Shown here one piece after another: positions 1 through 9,798 of a DNA stretch of 37,489 nucleotides (its first letter is position 1; the number at the start of each line of letters is the position of its first letter). This stretch comes from Lachnospiraceae bacterium (lineage in GTDB: Bacteria; Bacillota; Clostridia; Lachnospirales; Lachnospiraceae). The stretch covers positions 1 through 37,489 of the forward strand of contig JAFOFP010000140.1 of assembly GCA_017387285.1 (NCBI GenBank). The letters are read 5' to 3'. Below the pieces are notes generated by a model. That model had not been told where the DNA came from and did no database searches. It worked only from the letters and a program-made list of their open reading frames with translations. The position numbers were made by a program, and so were the translations under genes.

Positions 1-896
1 CCAAAGCCATCCATCTCCACCAGCAGCTGATTCAATGTCTGCTCACGCTCATCGTGACCGCCGCCCATGCCGGTACCTCTGCGTCTGGCCACGGCGTCGA
101 TCTCATCAATAAATACAATACAAGGAGAATTTTTCTTTGCGTCCTCAAACAGATCACGGACACGGGACGCGCCCACACCTACAAACATCTCCACAAAATC
201 CGAACCGGAAATACTGAAGAAAGGAACGCCGGCTTCACCTGCCACCGCCTTGGCAAGCAACGTCTTACCGGTTCCGGGAGGTCCCACCAGCAGTACGCCC
301 TTGGGAATACGGGCTCCTACCTTAATGTATTTCTCCGGAGCTTTCAGGAAATCCACGATCTCCACCAGATCCTCTTTCTCCTCCTGAAGACCTGCTACAC
401 TGCCGAAATTTGTCCCCTCAAGATCCTTGACCATCTTTGCACGGCTCTTTCCGAAATTCATCATTTTGGAATTGCCGCCCTGTGCACCGGCCATCATCCG
501 GTTCATCAGGATCACCACAGTGAATGACACGATAAACATACCGATAATGATCGGAAGTACAATGGTCATAAATACACTTTCCTCAGGGATAGCTCGCTCC
601 TTCACGGTAACGCCGGCTGCCAGCAGCTCCTGTCTGGCCTCCGCAACATTATCGGTGTAGAGTACATAACTGTTTCCACCCTCCAACGCCAGATAAAGCT
701 CTCCGGTGGGTGTCTCCTTATTCGGCGCAATCACCACAGATTCGATCTTCCCATCAGTCAATAACTGCTGATATTCATTGTGAGTGAGGGTATTTTCTCT
801 GCTGCCCATGCTGCTCATCAGATAAACACCCCAAATAACCAGCATGATCAATGCCAGATACAGACCCACATTTGACTTTCGCTGCTGTCCTTCCAA
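1..896 (-). CDS. ftsH: ATP-dependent zinc metalloprotease FtsH (N-terminal part; C-terminus lies beyond the window start)
   Basis: The reverse translation runs off position 1. It contains an N-terminal TM, extracytoplasmic loop and second TM, then Walker [14 protein letters not shown] and Walker [14 protein letters not shown] start at 896 has GGAGG (911-907) upstream. It sits downstream of tilS-hpt, as in Bacillus. Confidence 0.9.
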   Translation of the reverse strand, partial: MEGQQRKSNVGLYLALIMLVIWGVYLMSSMGSRENTLTHNEYQQLLTDGKIESVVIAPNKETPTGELYLALEGGNSYVLYTDNVAEARQELLAAGVTVKERAIPEESVFMTIVLPIIIGMFIVSFTVVILMNRMMAGAQGGNSKMMNFGKSRAKMVKDLEGTNFGSVAGLQEEKEDLVEIVDFLKAPEKYIKVGARIPKGVLLVGPPGTGKTLLAKAVAGEAGVPFFSISGSDFVEMFVGVGASRVRDLFEDAKKNSPCIVFIDEIDAVARRRGTGMGGGHDEREQTLNQLLVEMDGF

Positions 897-976
897 CTTC
901 GCTAAACCTCCCCGGCCTGTTCTTTTCACAGACCGAACCTTTCATTCTACTTTTTCACGTCTTTTGTCAAGACGTC

Positions 977-1507
977 TCATCCATCCAACTCTACCACACC
1001 GATATAGGGCAGATTACGGTACTTCTGGTCATAATCCAGACCATATCCCACCACAAATTCATCCGGAATCGTAAAGCAGGTATACTTGACCTCAACATTA
1101 CGCTTCACACGGCGGGAAGGCTTATCCAGAAGGGTGGCAACCTCAATCGATGCAGGATTTCTCAGCTTCAGCATGGGTACCAGTGCGCTAAGGGTATTTC
1201 CGGAATCGATGATATCCTCCACGATCAGCACATGCTTGCCCTCAATATGATGATCCAGATCCTTCTTGATCTTTACAGCGCCGGTGGACTCGGTGCCTCC
1301 GCCGTAGCTGGAAACCGTCATAAAGTCCAGACGAACATCCATATCCAGCATCTTAGCCAGATCACAGGCAAAAAATACACTTCCCTTCAGAATACAAACC
1401 AGCTGCAGTGTATGCCCTTCGTAATCCTTCTTGATCTGCTCAGCAATCTCCCTGATTTTCGCGGTAAGTTCTTCCTCAGTGATCAACACTCTGATTTTAT
1501 CTGCCAT
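977..1507 (-). CDS. hpt: hypoxanthine phosphoribosyltransferase
   Basis: 176-aa ORF with the PRPP-binding motif VLIVEDIIDSGNTL and typical HPRT length. It lies in the conserved tilS-hpt-ftsH order. Confidence 0.93.
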   Translation of the reverse strand: MADKIRVLITEEELTAKIREIAEQIKKDYEGHTLQLVCILKGSVFFACDLAKMLDMDVRLDFMTVSSYGGGTESTGAVKIKKDLDHHIEGKHVLIVEDIIDSGNTLSALVPMLKLRNPASIEVATLLDKPSRRVKRNVEVKYTCFTIPDEFVVGYGLDYDQKYRNLPYIGVVELDG

Positions 1508-1524
1508 CTTCTTTTCTCCTATTC

Positions 1525-2862
1525 TCAGATGTTATTTGTAGTTGCCTTTACCAGTAACACGCGACGGGTCTCGTCTGTCACCCGGAATTTCTCACTGGCC
1601 CGATAACCCACGATCCAGACAACCTCATCGCCGCTGACCAGCAGCGGGATACGGTCTCTCTGCCCCGCCGGAATCTTTGCATTGATCATGTACTCTTTCA
1701 CCGACTGGCTGCGCCCGTCGGCAAATACAACCAAGCTGTCCCCGGTTTTTCGTGTTCTCAGGCACAATTTAACTTTTATTTTATCATAATCAAAGCATTT
1801 CGTATACGGGTCCGATGCAATTTTTTCAACTTTTTCCGGAGAAATTTCGCAGACAGACAGCTCCACGGGGATCATGCCGGTCTCTTTATCCTCATTCACA
1901 GTGAAAAAAAACAACTGATCATACTCCCTGCGTACACTCCGACCTCCGGGCAGACAGATGGTTTTCCCCCCGGTCTTCCCAAGAAGGCTCCGGATCATCT
2001 CCACATGCTCCGAGGTAATATCCTTAAGCCCACCAAGCTCTCCCAAACGCTTTCGGATCAGATATCCCTGCAATGCCCGGTCTGCAGCCTTCAGCGGCTC
2101 AACGGGAAGTGATCCCGATTTTGCGTAAGTTTCAATCCACCTCTCTGCCTCAGCCTCCATATGGTCATCGATATCCCGCAAAATCCCGGCCATTTTGGTC
2201 AGATGATCAACTGCGTCTGAGTTGAATTCCCGCTCCAGATAAGGAATCAACTCGTGGCGAATGCGGTTGCGGCTGTACACCACTTCCTGATTGGTGGAAT
2301 CCTCGCGCCAGCAAAGCCCTGCCTCAGACAACGTCTCCTCAATCTCCGTTCTGCGCAGATCGATCAGCGGACGAATGATCTTACCCTGAATGGGTGCGAT
2401 CCCGCAAAGGCCTTTGATCCCGCTGCCCCTCACCAAATTAAACAGAATGGTCTCCGCAGAGTCATCCCGGTGGTGAGCCACCGCCAGCTTGTGAGCCCCC
2501 ACTCTCTCCATCTCCTCAAAAAAGAAGCCATAGCGAACCGTTCTTCCGGCTTCCTCCACCGTCATTTTCTCCTGCAGGGCAATGGACGGCACATCTGCCC
2601 GGATCACCCGGCAAGGTACCTCCAATCCATCGCACTGTTCCCGGACAAACTCCGCATCACGGTCCGCCTCTGCGCCACGGATCCCATGGTGCACATGAAC
2701 CGCAAGAATATCTATCTTCATCGACTCGCGAAGTGATGCCAACGCGTGAAGCAGCAAAACCGAATCGGCGCCTCCCGACACACCTACCACGATCGACTCG
2801 CCGGAAGCGATCAATCCGGTTTCTTTTATTCTATTCACAATATGCTCAAATAGATTACTCAT
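1525..2862 (-). CDS. tilS: tRNA(Ile)-lysidine synthetase
   Basis: 445-aa ORF with the N-terminal PP-loop motif VGVSGGADS. Length and the position upstream of hpt-ftsH both fit TilS. Confidence 0.92.
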   Translation of the reverse strand: MSNLFEHIVNRIKETGLIASGESIVVGVSGGADSVLLLHALASLRESMKIDILAVHVHHGIRGAEADRDAEFVREQCDGLEVPCRVIRADVPSIALQEKMTVEEAGRTVRYGFFFEEMERVGAHKLAVAHHRDDSAETILFNLVRGSGIKGLCGIAPIQGKIIRPLIDLRRTEIEETLSEAGLCWREDSTNQEVVYSRNRIRHELIPYLEREFNSDAVDHLTKMAGILRDIDDHMEAEAERWIETYAKSGSLPVEPLKAADRALQGYLIRKRLGELGGLKDITSEHVEMIRSLLGKTGGKTICLPGGRSVRREYDQLFFFTVNEDKETGMIPVELSVCEISPEKVEKIASDPYTKCFDYDKIKVKLCLRTRKTGDSLVVFADGRSQSVKEYMINAKIPAGQRDRIPLLVSGDEVVWIVGYRASEKFRVTDETRRVLLVKATTNNI

Positions 2863-2953
2863 TGTTTATGCCTGCCTATTTATACATTTCTTCTATATTT
2901 TACACGTTCAGGGGAATAGTGGCAAGCACATTTTCATCCCACCGACTCTCACT

Positions 2954-4564
2954 TCATTTCTTCCAGATGCCGGCAGCCAACACGGTCATATCATCCATCC
3001 GTTTTCCACCGCATCGGCAGGCAAAATCCAACACCTGTCTGGCGATGTCCCTGGGGTTGTTGGAGGAAATAGCGGACAGCAACGTCATCATGGATGCCTC
3101 CTTGTCCGTCTCGGCGAGGGCATCCAAGACTCCATCGGTGACCATAACGATCATATCTCCATGGCCAAGCTCCCGCTTCTCCGTCATGGGTACAGCCTCA
3201 GCCAATATCCCCGCGGGAAGGGATTCTGCCCGAATCGTTTCCACGGTTCCCTCCCGACGAAGGAACGTGGTGACAGCTCCCAGCTTGGTAAAACAGCAAT
3301 CGCCGGTAAACAGATCCACCGTGGCAAGATCCAGCGTCACCGGTCTTTTTTTGCCTCTTTGGAGCATCACGGCATTGATCAGTCTGGCTGCCGCTTCCTC
3401 GCCGTAACCGGCCATCAGCAGCTTTTCTGCCAGGTCCATCACTGCCTCACTGTCTTTGGCCGCCTGTTCCCCGGTTCCCATGCCATCAGAAAGTCCCAAA
3501 ACCGCTTTCCCCGATCCGATGCGCATACAGGAGAAATTGTCACCGGACGTCTCAGAGTCCTCTCTGGTTTCCCTGACCACATCGTAAAGCATGTGGTAAC
3601 CCGGATCCTCCCGAAAACAAATCTGTACCGACTCCTGACCGATCACCGCTCTGGCATTTTCCTCCGGTCTCAATTCCCTGCCCATGGCCCGGCTCAACGG
3701 CGCAGCCAGCTCTCTGACCGGAATACACCGTTTTCTCATGGCCCTCACCGTCAATGCAACGGCAAGCCTTTCCTGTCTGTCCTTCAGAATATTCAGTCTC
3801 TCCAACAGAATTTTCTTTTCCTTAAGGGCTTCCCCCACTCGTCCTTCCCAGTTTCCGGTCACATCCTCCATTTCCTGATATTCCTCCAGGAGAGTACCGA
3901 TCAATCTGGCGGTCTCACCCATTCCCACAGATGCCGCCATTTTTTCTTCCAGATAACCGGTATACCAGGTAATGGCCTGGCTATATCCCTCTCCGGGCTC
4001 CCAATGCTTGTCCGGCACTTCCTTATAATAATCGGACAGCAGCGCAAGCACCTCACCGATGGAATGGAGTCTCACTGCCGCCGCCTGTTCATAGTCGATC
4101 CCTGCCGATGCACTCTTTCGCTTTAACCGATTGACATCCAACCCTCCCGGATAGATCTCCGGGATCAGCAGAAAAATCAATCCGCCTCCGCACATCCCAT
4201 AAAAATTATCAGCCAGAAATATCGGTCCTCCGGTCAGCGATCCCAAAATAAACCCACACAAAAACGCTGTCAGGCTTCCCTTTCTTCCCAATCGGCGAAA
4301 CAAACCGGACAATGCTCCCGCCATGAGACATGCCGGCAGAAAAGCTCCACTCTCCCCTTGGGAAATGCGTGCCAACCCACAAAAAATCCCGGCAACTGTC
4401 CCCGGCACAGTTCCCAGGCGATATCCTGCCACCAAAATCAACACATACATTAACGTCTCCACAGCTGACAAGGCGAAACCGCTCTGCCCCGCCATGGCCG
4501 TGATGGCCAATCCTCCCAATAAAAATGCTCCCGTTTTTGCCAGCCATTGCGCCTGCTCTTTCAT
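2954..4564 (-). CDS. spoIIE: stage II sporulation protein E-like PP2C phosphatase (short membrane domain)
   Basis: 536-aa ORF. The N-terminal ~140 aa are polytopic and hydrophobic. The C-terminal PP2C/SpoIIE domain carries GDNFS, SDGMGTG and MVTDGV motifs. GGTGAGG RBS upstream. The position upstream of tilS matches the Bacillus spoIIE locus. Confidence 0.8.
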   Translation of the reverse strand: MKEQAQWLAKTGAFLLGGLAITAMAGQSGFALSAVETLMYVLILVAGYRLGTVPGTVAGIFCGLARISQGESGAFLPACLMAGALSGLFRRLGRKGSLTAFLCGFILGSLTGGPIFLADNFYGMCGGGLIFLLIPEIYPGGLDVNRLKRKSASAGIDYEQAAAVRLHSIGEVLALLSDYYKEVPDKHWEPGEGYSQAITWYTGYLEEKMAASVGMGETARLIGTLLEEYQEMEDVTGNWEGRVGEALKEKKILLERLNILKDRQERLAVALTVRAMRKRCIPVRELAAPLSRAMGRELRPEENARAVIGQESVQICFREDPGYHMLYDVVRETREDSETSGDNFSCMRIGSGKAVLGLSDGMGTGEQAAKDSEAVMDLAEKLLMAGYGEEAAARLINAVMLQRGKKRPVTLDLATVDLFTGDCCFTKLGAVTTFLRREGTVETIRAESLPAGILAEAVPMTEKRELGHGDMIVMVTDGVLDALAETDKEASMMTLLSAISSNNPRDIARQVLDFACRCGGKRMDDMTVLAAGIWKK

Positions 4565-4702
4565 CTCGATACCTCACCCCCTGCAAGCCCGTCCCAAAAG
4601 GCGAACCTGCAGGCAGGTTTCGTTCGGACATGGTCAATGCCCAAACAGTATAGATGAAATCAACTGCAATCTCTGTCAGATTATGGGAGCAAATAAAAAT
4701 TC

Positions 4703-6877
4703 TTATAGGAAATCATCCGGCAGCTTATAATCGATCTGTCTGGTTTTACGTCTCCTCCGGATCCGACGGGCTCTGACTCTGCCGGGATTGAAATAAACGG
4801 CCAGCACAATAACCACAACCACCACAGCCAGCACGATGCCGATAAACAGCATGACCTGTGCCAACGTAACGACCACTTCCTTGCCCTTGGACTCATCCTC
4901 AGTGGGGCCTTCCGTCTCATCGATGGTTTCCTCCGCCTCCAGGCTCTCCTCGATGTCCTTGGGATCGGAAAACTCTTCCTTGGTGGGAACAAACTCCAGC
5001 GTACCGCTGCCCACCGTCATTCCGTGATAGGAATAAACAATATCTGCGATAATATTCCCGTTTTCCGCTTTACTCTCAGGGTTATAGTTCAGGGTACAGT
5101 CCACATCAGACAGCTCCGCAGTCCGGGGAATAATGATCACACTGTCCATATTTTCCTCAATGGAAAAACCTGCCTGTTCAAATAATCCGTCAAAACCGCT
5201 GAGATAATCCGTGTCCTGTTCGCCGGACAGCAACGTACCATCGATCTGACACAGCTTAAAGTTATCAAATCCATAGTCCATCAGCAGGGTACTATCCACA
5301 TAGTGTCCGGGATTATTGTCCTTCATCACCACCGAAATCAGTTTCAGTCCGTCCCGCTCGCAGTAAGTTACCAGAGTATTTCCCGACTCATCGATATATC
5401 CGGTCTTTCCGCAGACAAAACCGTCATAGGCATGGGCTGCATTCGGCTTAAACTTATGCTGCTGGTAAAAGAATCTGTACTGAGGGTAGCGATTGGTAGG
5501 CTCCGACTCATAGTACATGGTGGTAGCTACGGACATAAACAGACGATTTTGAATAGCCTCCGCCATGATCAGCGCCATATCGTAGCAAGTGGTATAATGA
5601 TCCGCTCCGAACAATCCGCTGGGATTGGAGAAATTCGTATTGTAAGCACCCAGTTCCTTTGCCCGACTGTTCATCAGCGCCGCGAAAGACTCGTTGCTGC
5701 CGGACACATACTCAGCCAGTCCGTTGGCGGCGTCATTTGCGGAAGACAGCATCATGGCATAGAAACTGTCCAGTACAGAAATCTGCTCATCCACACTGAT
5801 ACCCACCGTCATGGCACCCCATTCCAGATTATTGATGACCGCATCTCTGGTATAAGTGACGATATCGCTCATCCGTCCATACTCAGCCACCAGAAGCCCC
5901 GTCATGATCTTGGTGATACTGGCGGGATAAAGCTCCACATCCGCATTCTTCGCATAAAGCACGGTCCCCGTGGTGGCCTCATAGAGAATAGCCGCTCCGG
6001 CATTTATCTCCGGTGCCTCCGGCCAATCCTCCGGGAATACAAACTCATGATCCACATGCTTCGTCTTAAACTCCTCCACCGGTGAAACAAGGGTTTCCCC
6101 GGGATCGGCCTTGACCGTCAACGGTGCAATACCCTGAAGGCCCACCACCGCAGCCAGCACCAGCGCAGCTGCTTTGATCCCATTTCGTTTTCCCTTTTTG
6201 CATCCTGCCGCCAGCACACCCACACATAAGCCGGATGTGATCACCAGCATTCCGCCGAAAATCAGCACGATCCGCAATGCCATATCCATAAAGAATCCCT
6301 CTACCAACACATTGATCATCAGATCCGTGGCCGGATCAAACAGCCACAGATCGTTGTCAAAGAAAATCAGATGGAAATATGTAAACAATGTATTAAAGTC
6401 AATGGCTGCCCAGATCACCAGAGCCAATACCACTGCCATCAATATCCCTACCGTCCACAAAAATGCTTTGGGCAGCAATCGTCTCATCGGCGCCTTGACT
6501 GCCGCCAGGAGCAATATACTCACCACCGCAATGGCCGCCGTCATGGCTCTCAGGCGCATTCCCCCAATAAACAGTTTCTGCACCTCCCACATATGAAAGC
6601 GATCCTGCTCATTGAAAAAATCCATAGCCTGACCGCTCACCGTAGTCTCCACCGACAGTTGATCCCGATTGCCCCGCAGATAGGCCATCATCTCCCGGGT
6701 AACGTGCATCAGATCTTCCATCTCCATGTTCACATCGTCAAGAACACGGTATTTCTCATACTCTTTTTGATAATATTCAAAATTTCCGTAGGCTGCGATC
6801 TCCACCGAAGAGATCAGCATCACCACGATCAATGCCAGGGCAGCCAACACTGCCACCGGTGTCATCAGCTTTTTCAT
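4703..6877 (-). CDS. fusion protein: TIGR01906/DUF1461 (Lit-like) integral membrane domain + D-alanyl-D-alanine carboxypeptidase (peptidase S11) + acidic linker + C-terminal TM anchor
   Basis: 724-aa ORF. Residues ~1-230 are polytopic with the FHLIFFDNDLWLFDP signature of the TIGR01906 family. The central domain has the SxxK active site (ASITKIMT), SSAND (SxN) and KTG motifs of PBP5/DacB-type carboxypeptidases. The C-terminus has an E/D-rich linker, a TM helix and an RRIRRRRK tail. AAGGGGA RBS. Confidence 0.8.
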   Translation of the reverse strand: MKKLMTPVAVLAALALIVVMLISSVEIAAYGNFEYYQKEYEKYRVLDDVNMEMEDLMHVTREMMAYLRGNRDQLSVETTVSGQAMDFFNEQDRFHMWEVQKLFIGGMRLRAMTAAIAVVSILLLAAVKAPMRRLLPKAFLWTVGILMAVVLALVIWAAIDFNTLFTYFHLIFFDNDLWLFDPATDLMINVLVEGFFMDMALRIVLIFGGMLVITSGLCVGVLAAGCKKGKRNGIKAAALVLAAVVGLQGIAPLTVKADPGETLVSPVEEFKTKHVDHEFVFPEDWPEAPEINAGAAILYEATTGTVLYAKNADVELYPASITKIMTGLLVAEYGRMSDIVTYTRDAVINNLEWGAMTVGISVDEQISVLDSFYAMMLSSANDAANGLAEYVSGSNESFAALMNSRAKELGAYNTNFSNPSGLFGADHYTTCYDMALIMAEAIQNRLFMSVATTMYYESEPTNRYPQYRFFYQQHKFKPNAAHAYDGFVCGKTGYIDESGNTLVTYCERDGLKLISVVMKDNNPGHYVDSTLLMDYGFDNFKLCQIDGTLLSGEQDTDYLSGFDGLFEQAGFSIEENMDSVIIIPRTAELSDVDCTLNYNPESKAENGNIIADIVYSYHGMTVGSGTLEFVPTKEEFSDPKDIEESLEAEETIDETEGPTEDESKGKEVVVTLAQVMLFIGIVLAVVVVVIVLAVYFNPGRVRARRIRRRRKTRQIDYKLPDDFL

Positions 6878-6943
6878 ATAGGTACTCGTCCCCTTACCTG
6901 TTTTTCCCCATCCTCTTTTACTTTAGATGCGGGGTACCGGTTA

Positions 6944-6972
6944 ATTGTAACATATTATGCGAAACTTGTCAC
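6944..6972 (-). promoter_or_regulatory. candidate sigma-A promoter for the Lit-like/PBP5 fusion gene
   Basis: On the minus strand: GTGACA (6972-6967), 17-nt spacer, TACAAT (6949-6944), about 70 nt upstream of the ATG. Confidence 0.35.
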
Positions 6973-7117
6973 AAAAAATCTCCAGAAAATCTTTTCTTTT
7001 TTTCGGCGATTTGGTATACTGGCAAAGGCTGGGCTTTTACAGCCGCCTTAACTTCCCGCAAAGTATTTTTCATTTGCTCTAATAATTATTATTAATAATG
7101 ACGAAAAGGAACAATTC

Positions 7118-7774
7118 ATGAGACTGAGAAATATCCCCGGATCACAGGATGTGATCAAGCAAAGCCCCTACTGTGTGGATGAACCCCAGCAGTACAGAGG
7201 CACCTGGAACCAATATTTTGGCAATGGATCTCCACTCCACGTGGAGATCGGCATGGGAAAGGGACAGTTTATCCGCGAGATGGCTCTCCTCCACCCTGAG
7301 ATCAATTACATCGGCGTAGAGCTGTTCACCAGCGTGCTGATCCGCGCCGTTCAAAAGGTTGAGGAGGAAGAGATCCCCAATCTCCGTTTCCTGTGGATCG
7401 ATGCAGAGAAACTGCCGGAGGTGTTCGCTCCCGGCGAAGTAAACCGGATCTATCTCAACTTCTCCGATCCCTGGCCCAAGGCCCGCCACGCAAAGCGTCG
7501 TCTGACCTCCCCCCAGTTTTTAACCCGCTACCGGGAGTTCCTTGCTGTGGACGGAGATCTGGAGTTCAAAACCGACAATCAGGATCTGTTTGCCTTCTCT
7601 TTGGAGTCCGTTCCCGAGGCCGGTTGGAAACTGGTGGCTCACACCTTTGACCTGCACCATGACGCATCCATGAACCAGGGCAATATTATGACCGAATACG
7701 AGGCTAAATTTTCCGGTCTGGGGCAGCCCATCTGCAAGCTGATCGCGGTTCCTATGCCCCTCTCAGCGGACTGA
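7118..7774 (+). CDS. trmB: tRNA (guanine46-N7)-methyltransferase
   Basis: 218-aa ORF with EIGMGKG (SAM-binding), NFSDPWPK and KRR motifs typical of TrmB. Confidence 0.92.
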   Translation: MRLRNIPGSQDVIKQSPYCVDEPQQYRGTWNQYFGNGSPLHVEIGMGKGQFIREMALLHPEINYIGVELFTSVLIRAVQKVEEEEIPNLRFLWIDAEKLPEVFAPGEVNRIYLNFSDPWPKARHAKRRLTSPQFLTRYREFLAVDGDLEFKTDNQDLFAFSLESVPEAGWKLVAHTFDLHHDASMNQGNIMTEYEAKFSGLGQPICKLIAVPMPLSAD

Positions 7775-8043
7775 TGCATATAATGGTAAAAAAGGGCTGA
7801 CGCCATGCGAAAATGTCCCCCCCTTTTTCACCTGCTCAATTCCCTGACCTGCTGCAATGGTTCCCTTAACCGCACTGCTCTGCGCATCAGCCGGGGACTG
7901 TGCGAAGCAAGTAATGCACTTCCCTCCCGGCGGGAGTGCTGTGACCATAATCAATGCGACAAAAACGATAATTGTCGGCAGCGCTGCAGAAAGGACAGAC
8001 CGGGAAAGCATCACCGCTGAACAACATCATACCAAATCACCAA

Positions 8044-8070
8044 GTGGGAAACCGTCAGACGGTTTCCCAC
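8044..8070. terminator. perfect 11-bp stem hairpin between trmB 3' region and the lipoprotein gene
   Basis: GTGGGAAACCG-tcaga-CGGTTTCCCAC, followed on the plus strand by tatttctttt. It lies 22 nt downstream of the stop of the minus-strand lipoprotein gene, so it could serve either or both strands. Confidence 0.5.
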
Positions 8071-8091
8071 TATTTCTTTTCACGATAATGT

Positions 8092-9798
8092 TTATTCCCC
8101 GGTTTCTTTCCGTTGGCCATATTCATGGGTAAAGTTGGGTGGGTAAACCATGCCGCTTCCCCAAGGAATCTCATCCACAGAATACGTTTTGCTCACACCG
8201 TTCAACGTGCGGGTAAGGCTCACTACATGGTTTGTGGTTACCTTGTCATCCAGCTCTTTTCCATCCAGTTCCCAGTAGAACACTTCCCCTGTGGACTTGT
8301 CGGTGGAAATAAAGGCTTTCAGAATATGAGAACTCTCATCTATGTATTCATACTCGTTGATAAAAAGATGATTTTCCCATCTTATATAATAGCCGCCGGC
8401 GGAAGGACCGCTCTTTACCATCTTGGAAATGTTCGTCATGGTCTCATCGCTGGCCTTATCAAACGTGGTTGTCGTCGTCCGGCAAGCATCATGATCGTAA
8501 AACGTTTCTCTGATCTCCTTCTCCGTCTCATAAAAAGAATAGAGTGTTCCCAGCTCATCATCATTGATCTGTTTGGAGTGCGCGTAAAACTGTTGATTTA
8601 TGTAAACAGTCTCCTCAAACTCATTCCAATCCTTACTGTATTTTCTGATTTCCAACTGATTTTCCCCAAAATAGTGCTTTATATAAAGATATCCCTCACC
8701 CCAATTAATGCTCAGGTTTTCGCTGTCATTTTCTATGAGCACGCCGTCATCTGCATATTGCTCAAGGAGTGACATAGCCTCATCATAACCGTTTAAGTCT
8801 TTCGCTTCAGGAAGATAAATATAACCAAGTTCATTGGCTCCCTCAATCCGTACCTTATCCGCTCCATCCCCATAGAAGGTCTCCACCTTTCCATCCGGCC
8901 AAAAAAGAGCAGACTCCCCTTCACAGTAGGCAACGCATCTGGTTTTATACATTTCTGTTCCCGACACCATACGAATATCAATGAGCATCTGTTCGCCACT
9001 TAGGCTTATGCTTCTCAGCTTTCCTGACTCGTTATAGAAAAGCATTACCTCACTTCCATCGGACGTGAGAATAATCTCAAACGGCATACCCTCATTCCGG
9101 CTTTTCTCCAACCGTCGATCATACTCATCTTTGTTTTCGCCTGTGCGGGCCAGTTCATCATAGTAAGCAAACTTGTCCTTAATCTCTGAATAGTGCTTCG
9201 GATAATGCTCCTCATAAAAGGCATAAGCAGGAGAAGAAAGCTCCTTCAAATACACATAATAGCCAACACTCACATTAACGTCCGAAATACCTTTTGTAAC
9301 CAGATAGTCGGAAACCGGAATTTGTACAGAATTCTCAAACCAGCTCCAGTCCACGTTCTCATGAACGACAAATTCGAAAGACAGATCGGTCACTTCCGAA
9401 AAAAGACTGTTTTCGCACATGACATCCATCATCCGGGTCATCCCTTCCTCAAAAGAAAGGCCCACAAAATCTACATTCTCAAAGCTACCGGTCTCATCCA
9501 AAAAAACTTCTGTGTAAACAATACTTCCTGTCTCATCTACATAAAATTTAATATCCATCCCTGTGTACACCGCCACACAAAAGGAGGATTGAGGTTCCAA
9601 AACAAGAGAGGCTCCCTCCGAAGGCATTTCGTCATCGGAATTCTGATCATTATTGCCGTTTCCGTTTTCGTCACTTCCATTCACAGTGTCTGAGACAGCC
9701 GTAGGATCCGTATCAAAAAGATCGCCTGCACTGCCACAGCCGGTGAAACATATAACCATAAAAAGAACGGCCGACATCACTTTTATCTTATTTATCAT
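8092..9798 (-). CDS. hypothetical lipoprotein (no family recognised)
   Basis: 568-aa ORF with AAGGAGG RBS and a signal peptide with lipobox (VICFTG|C). An N/D/E-rich linker follows, then a Y/E/D-rich body with loosely recurring G-x-x-x-Y/F beta-hairpin-like segments. It looks AT-richer than its neighbours. Confidence 0.7.
   Translation of the reverse strand: MINKIKVMSAVLFMVICFTGCGSAGDLFDTDPTAVSDTVNGSDENGNGNNDQNSDDEMPSEGASLVLEPQSSFCVAVYTGMDIKFYVDETGSIVYTEVFLDETGSFENVDFVGLSFEEGMTRMMDVMCENSLFSEVTDLSFEFVVHENVDWSWFENSVQIPVSDYLVTKGISDVNVSVGYYVYLKELSSPAYAFYEEHYPKHYSEIKDKFAYYDELARTGENKDEYDRRLEKSRNEGMPFEIILTSDGSEVMLFYNESGKLRSISLSGEQMLIDIRMVSGTEMYKTRCVAYCEGESALFWPDGKVETFYGDGADKVRIEGANELGYIYLPEAKDLNGYDEAMSLLEQYADDGVLIENDSENLSINWGEGYLYIKHYFGENQLEIRKYSKDWNEFEETVYINQQFYAHSKQINDDELGTLYSFYETEKEIRETFYDHDACRTTTTTFDKASDETMTNISKMVKSGPSAGGYYIRWENHLFINEYEYIDESSHILKAFISTDKSTGEVFYWELDGKELDDKVTTNHVVSLTRTLNGVSKTYSVDEIPWGSGMVYPPNFTHEYGQRKETGE

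Noticed and set aside
851-1606. Long ORFs antisense to or out of frame with confident genes. Examples are 851-1606+, 3161-4126+, 5303-6085+, 6371-7051+, 10300-10980-, 14659-15378-, 25196-25981+, 27060-27782+, 29795-30757-, 32010-32930-, 34129-35277+ and 36759-37454+.
   Set aside because: Each lies entirely within a gene on the other strand or frame that has clear family motifs, an RBS and operon logic. Their translations are Arg/Pro/His/Ser-rich with no recognisable motifs, which is typical of shadow ORFs in GC-rich coding DNA.
7763-8014. 83-aa minus-strand ORF with a TM-like segment.
   Set aside because: GTG start with no Shine-Dalgarno sequence and no room for a promoter after the hairpin at 8044-8070. 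It overlaps the trmB 3' end by 12 nt and has no recognisable family. It is kept only as part of a low-interest finding.
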